Assembly (NCBI RefSeq): GCF_006345805.1
Contig: NW_021828230.1
Span: 1 to 8,867, forward strand
Origin: Octopus sinensis
Taxonomy: Eukaryota
Direction: 5' to 3'
DNA: 8,867 bases
Position numbers and translations under genes: made by a program. The notes beneath the pieces were generated by a model, which saw nothing but the letters and a program-made list of their open reading frames with translations, was not told where the DNA came from and made no database searches. Shown here piece after piece: positions 7,141 through 8,867 of this stretch (position 1 is its first letter; each line of letters opens with the position of its first letter).

Positions 7141-7829
7141 ATCATCGTCAAGGAGGGATCTTAAGATGGCATTGAGTAGAATCTGAGCGGAATTTGAAAG
7201 TGGATCATTTGAGGGATGAAGCAGGAATGGAACCTGAATTAAAGCGAAGGGAAATATCAAAGTGGTGGGGGTTAAATACTACCAAAAATACAGGGTCACA
7301 ACAAAATCCAAAGTCATGTTACAACTACACTTACGACAAAAACAGTTTTACACGAAAACCAGGGGAACGCCAGATCAAACAAAATAGGTGAATAAACATT
7401 GGAGATGACAGGGTCCTTGACGAAGGTCACAGTAAGCCGACAACAATGGTTACTACAAGATCAATAACATGTATAAAATGGGCTTTTGAAACAATGGTTA
7501 CAAAAGGGTCAGTCACAAAAGGCAGGGTTTGGGTTAGTGTTAAAGGTCAAAATATGGTCAATGATGAATGCTACAACAGGTTAAATGGTGAAAAACAATG
7601 AGAAGGGCCGTATAATGCTCACTAGACGCGTGATGGAAGGTTCAGTAATGAAACTCAGTGAAAACATCAAATAATATGGTTAGAGATGAAGGCTACAACA
7701 CAGTCGGTGATGACAGCAAGGGAACTGATGACAATAGGGATTAAACGGAATAACAGGGTAAGTGAAAACCTTATCATGTTATATAATTGTTGTGTGCTTT
7801 GCTTATTATACACGCATATTCATGGTAGG

Positions 7830-7852
7830 TGTGTTTGTGTGTATGCATATAC

Positions 7853-7883
<31 letters not shown>

Positions 7884-7894
7884 TGTGTGTGTGT
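7830..7894 (+). repeat. (GT)n microsatellite
   Basis: Read directly from the sequence. Confidence 0.95.
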
Positions 7895-7900
7895 ATAAAT

Positions 7901-7960
7901 GTGGTGTAGCCTGGTGGTTGATGTAGTTCGCTTAGTAACCACAAGGATCTGGGTTCCAAT
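7901..7960 (+). mobile_element. Degraded tRNA-like head of a second SINE family
   Basis: GTAGCCTGGTGGTTGATGTAGTTCGCTTAGTAACCACAAGGATCTGGGTTCCAAT has an A-box-like start and a GGTTC B-box-like end. It resembles the other common Octopus SINE head as I recall it (GTGGCTGTGTGGTAAGAAGTTTGCTTCCCAACCACATGGTTCCGGGTTCA). The body is absent. Confidence 0.5.
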
Positions 7961-8055
7961 GAAGAAAGAAAAATAAACCAGAAGAAATAAAAAAAGGGAA
8001 GAGAAAAAGAAGTCCTGGGGAAAAGAGAGAAAGGGATGGAGGTGGACACAAATTC

Positions 8056-8140
8056 AGACAGACAGACACACACACACACACATACACACACATGTAGGCA
8101 CTTACATTCAAGGAAACCCAAACACACACACACACACAGC
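8056..8140 (+). repeat. (CAGA)n/(CA)n microsatellites
   Basis: Read directly from the sequence. Confidence 0.92.
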
Positions 8141-8212
8141 AACAGGCAAGTCGTCAGACGCTCACGCTTTAACTTACCAGCAAATATGGAGAGAAAGGAC
8201 GAGCAAGACATA

Positions 8213-8432
8213 TTGATTTCAAATTTTGGCACAAAGCCAGCAATTTCGGGAGACGGGGGGGGGCAAGTCGATTACACCAACGTCAGTACTCAACTGGTAC
8301 TTATTTTATCGACCCCCGAAAGGATGAAAGGCAAAGTCGACCTCGGCAGTATTTGATCTCTGAACGTGCAGACGGACGAAATGCCGCTAAGCATTTGGTC
8401 CGGCCTACTAACGATTCTACCAGCTCGCCGCC
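8213..8432 (-). mobile_element. Full-length tRNA-derived SINE, same family as 2822-3216
   Basis: Reverse complement runs from GGCGGCGAGCTGGTAGAATCGTTAG through GAGGTCGACTTTGCCTTTCATCCTTTCGGGGTCGATAAAATAAGTACCAGTTGAG to AAATTGCTGGCTTTGTGCCAAAATTTGAAATCAAT. The B-box is degraded (GAGATCAAATACT). Confidence 0.93.
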
Positions 8433-8433
8433 A

Positions 8434-8494
8434 TATTAATTCTAAGAGTATTAATTCTAAGAGTATTAATTCTAAGGCATATTAATTCTAAGAG
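8434..8494 (+). repeat. 15-bp tandem repeat x4 (TATTAATTCTAAGAG)
   Basis: Units at 8434, 8449, 8464 (16-bp variant ending GGCA) and 8480. Confidence 0.97.
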
Positions 8495-8867
8495 TTACCA
8501 AAAATATAAAAATTACCGAAATCTTCATCATATTCCAAAGTCAGAGATAAGATACGTAACAGAGAATTCACTACGCAATGATGGATGTAGAGTTTAATGG
8601 ACGGATATTTCCTGCTGCCCGTGAGTAGGACGTACCAGCTCTAGTATAGCACCCTGGTACCAATGACCAATAAATTCGCCGTAAGATATATTGCATCCGA
8701 AAAAGTTGCTTCCTACTATGAATCTGTTGCGATTTCCCCGTGTGTGTATATGTGTGTGTGGGTGCACGCGGATGCACATGAATGCATATGTATGTCAGAG
8801 GGACGAACAGGGGATTACAACACCCTTCCCTCCTCTCTTCTACTCGGACTTTTTCTTCTTTTTCATT

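Noticed and set aside
7143-7800. Plus-strand frame with few stops (includes ORFs 7194..7391 and 7686..7898)
   Set aside because: Stop scarcity fits the purine-rich strand bias. It still has several in-frame stops and no recognisable protein similarity.
7830-8140. (GT)n and (CA)n tracts in inverted orientation that could pair
   Set aside because: Both microsatellites are ubiquitous here and share no mirrored unique interruptions, so there is no evidence of a common origin.
6270-8577. Identical 14-mer GAATTCACTACGCA at 6270-6283 and 8564-8577
   Set aside because: The match does not extend on either side, and one shared 14-mer in ~9 kb of AT-rich DNA is plausible by chance. There is no evidence for LTRs or element ends.
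8563-8626. Possible 58-nt exon (RIHYAMMDVEFNGRIFPAA) between AACAG and a GTGAGT donor
   Set aside because: The donor is good but there is no polypyrimidine tract before the AG and I do not recognise the peptide. It would need spliced RNA-seq reads.

Overview
AT-rich, repeat-saturated eukaryotic non-coding DNA (intronic or intergenic). I can support no protein-coding gene: every long ORF in the track is a translation of microsatellites or other repeats. The SINE family (tRNA-like head, then GTCGACTTTGCCTTTCATCCTTTCGGGGTCGATAAAATAAGTACCAG) and the dense TA/CA/CAC/GA microsatellites match what I recall of Octopus genomes. That assignment is recognition from memory, not a database result. Main contents: (1) four pieces of one tRNA-derived SINE family, two of which are fused tail-to-tail at a shared GGCC into a spacer-less inverted repeat (2822-3216); (2) a ~360-bp minus-strand element joining an RTE-LINE 5' UTR to an RTE ORF C-terminus/3' end, with a degenerate target-site duplication (5374-5733); (3) a 41-bp satellite arranged as a 7-monomer, 289-bp higher-order repeat (3669-4339); (4) a cluster of three CCAAT boxes plus a G4 motif; (5) several degenerate minisatellites and internal duplications. 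I see no convincing novel gene system. The best leads are retroelement and RNA-structure observations.
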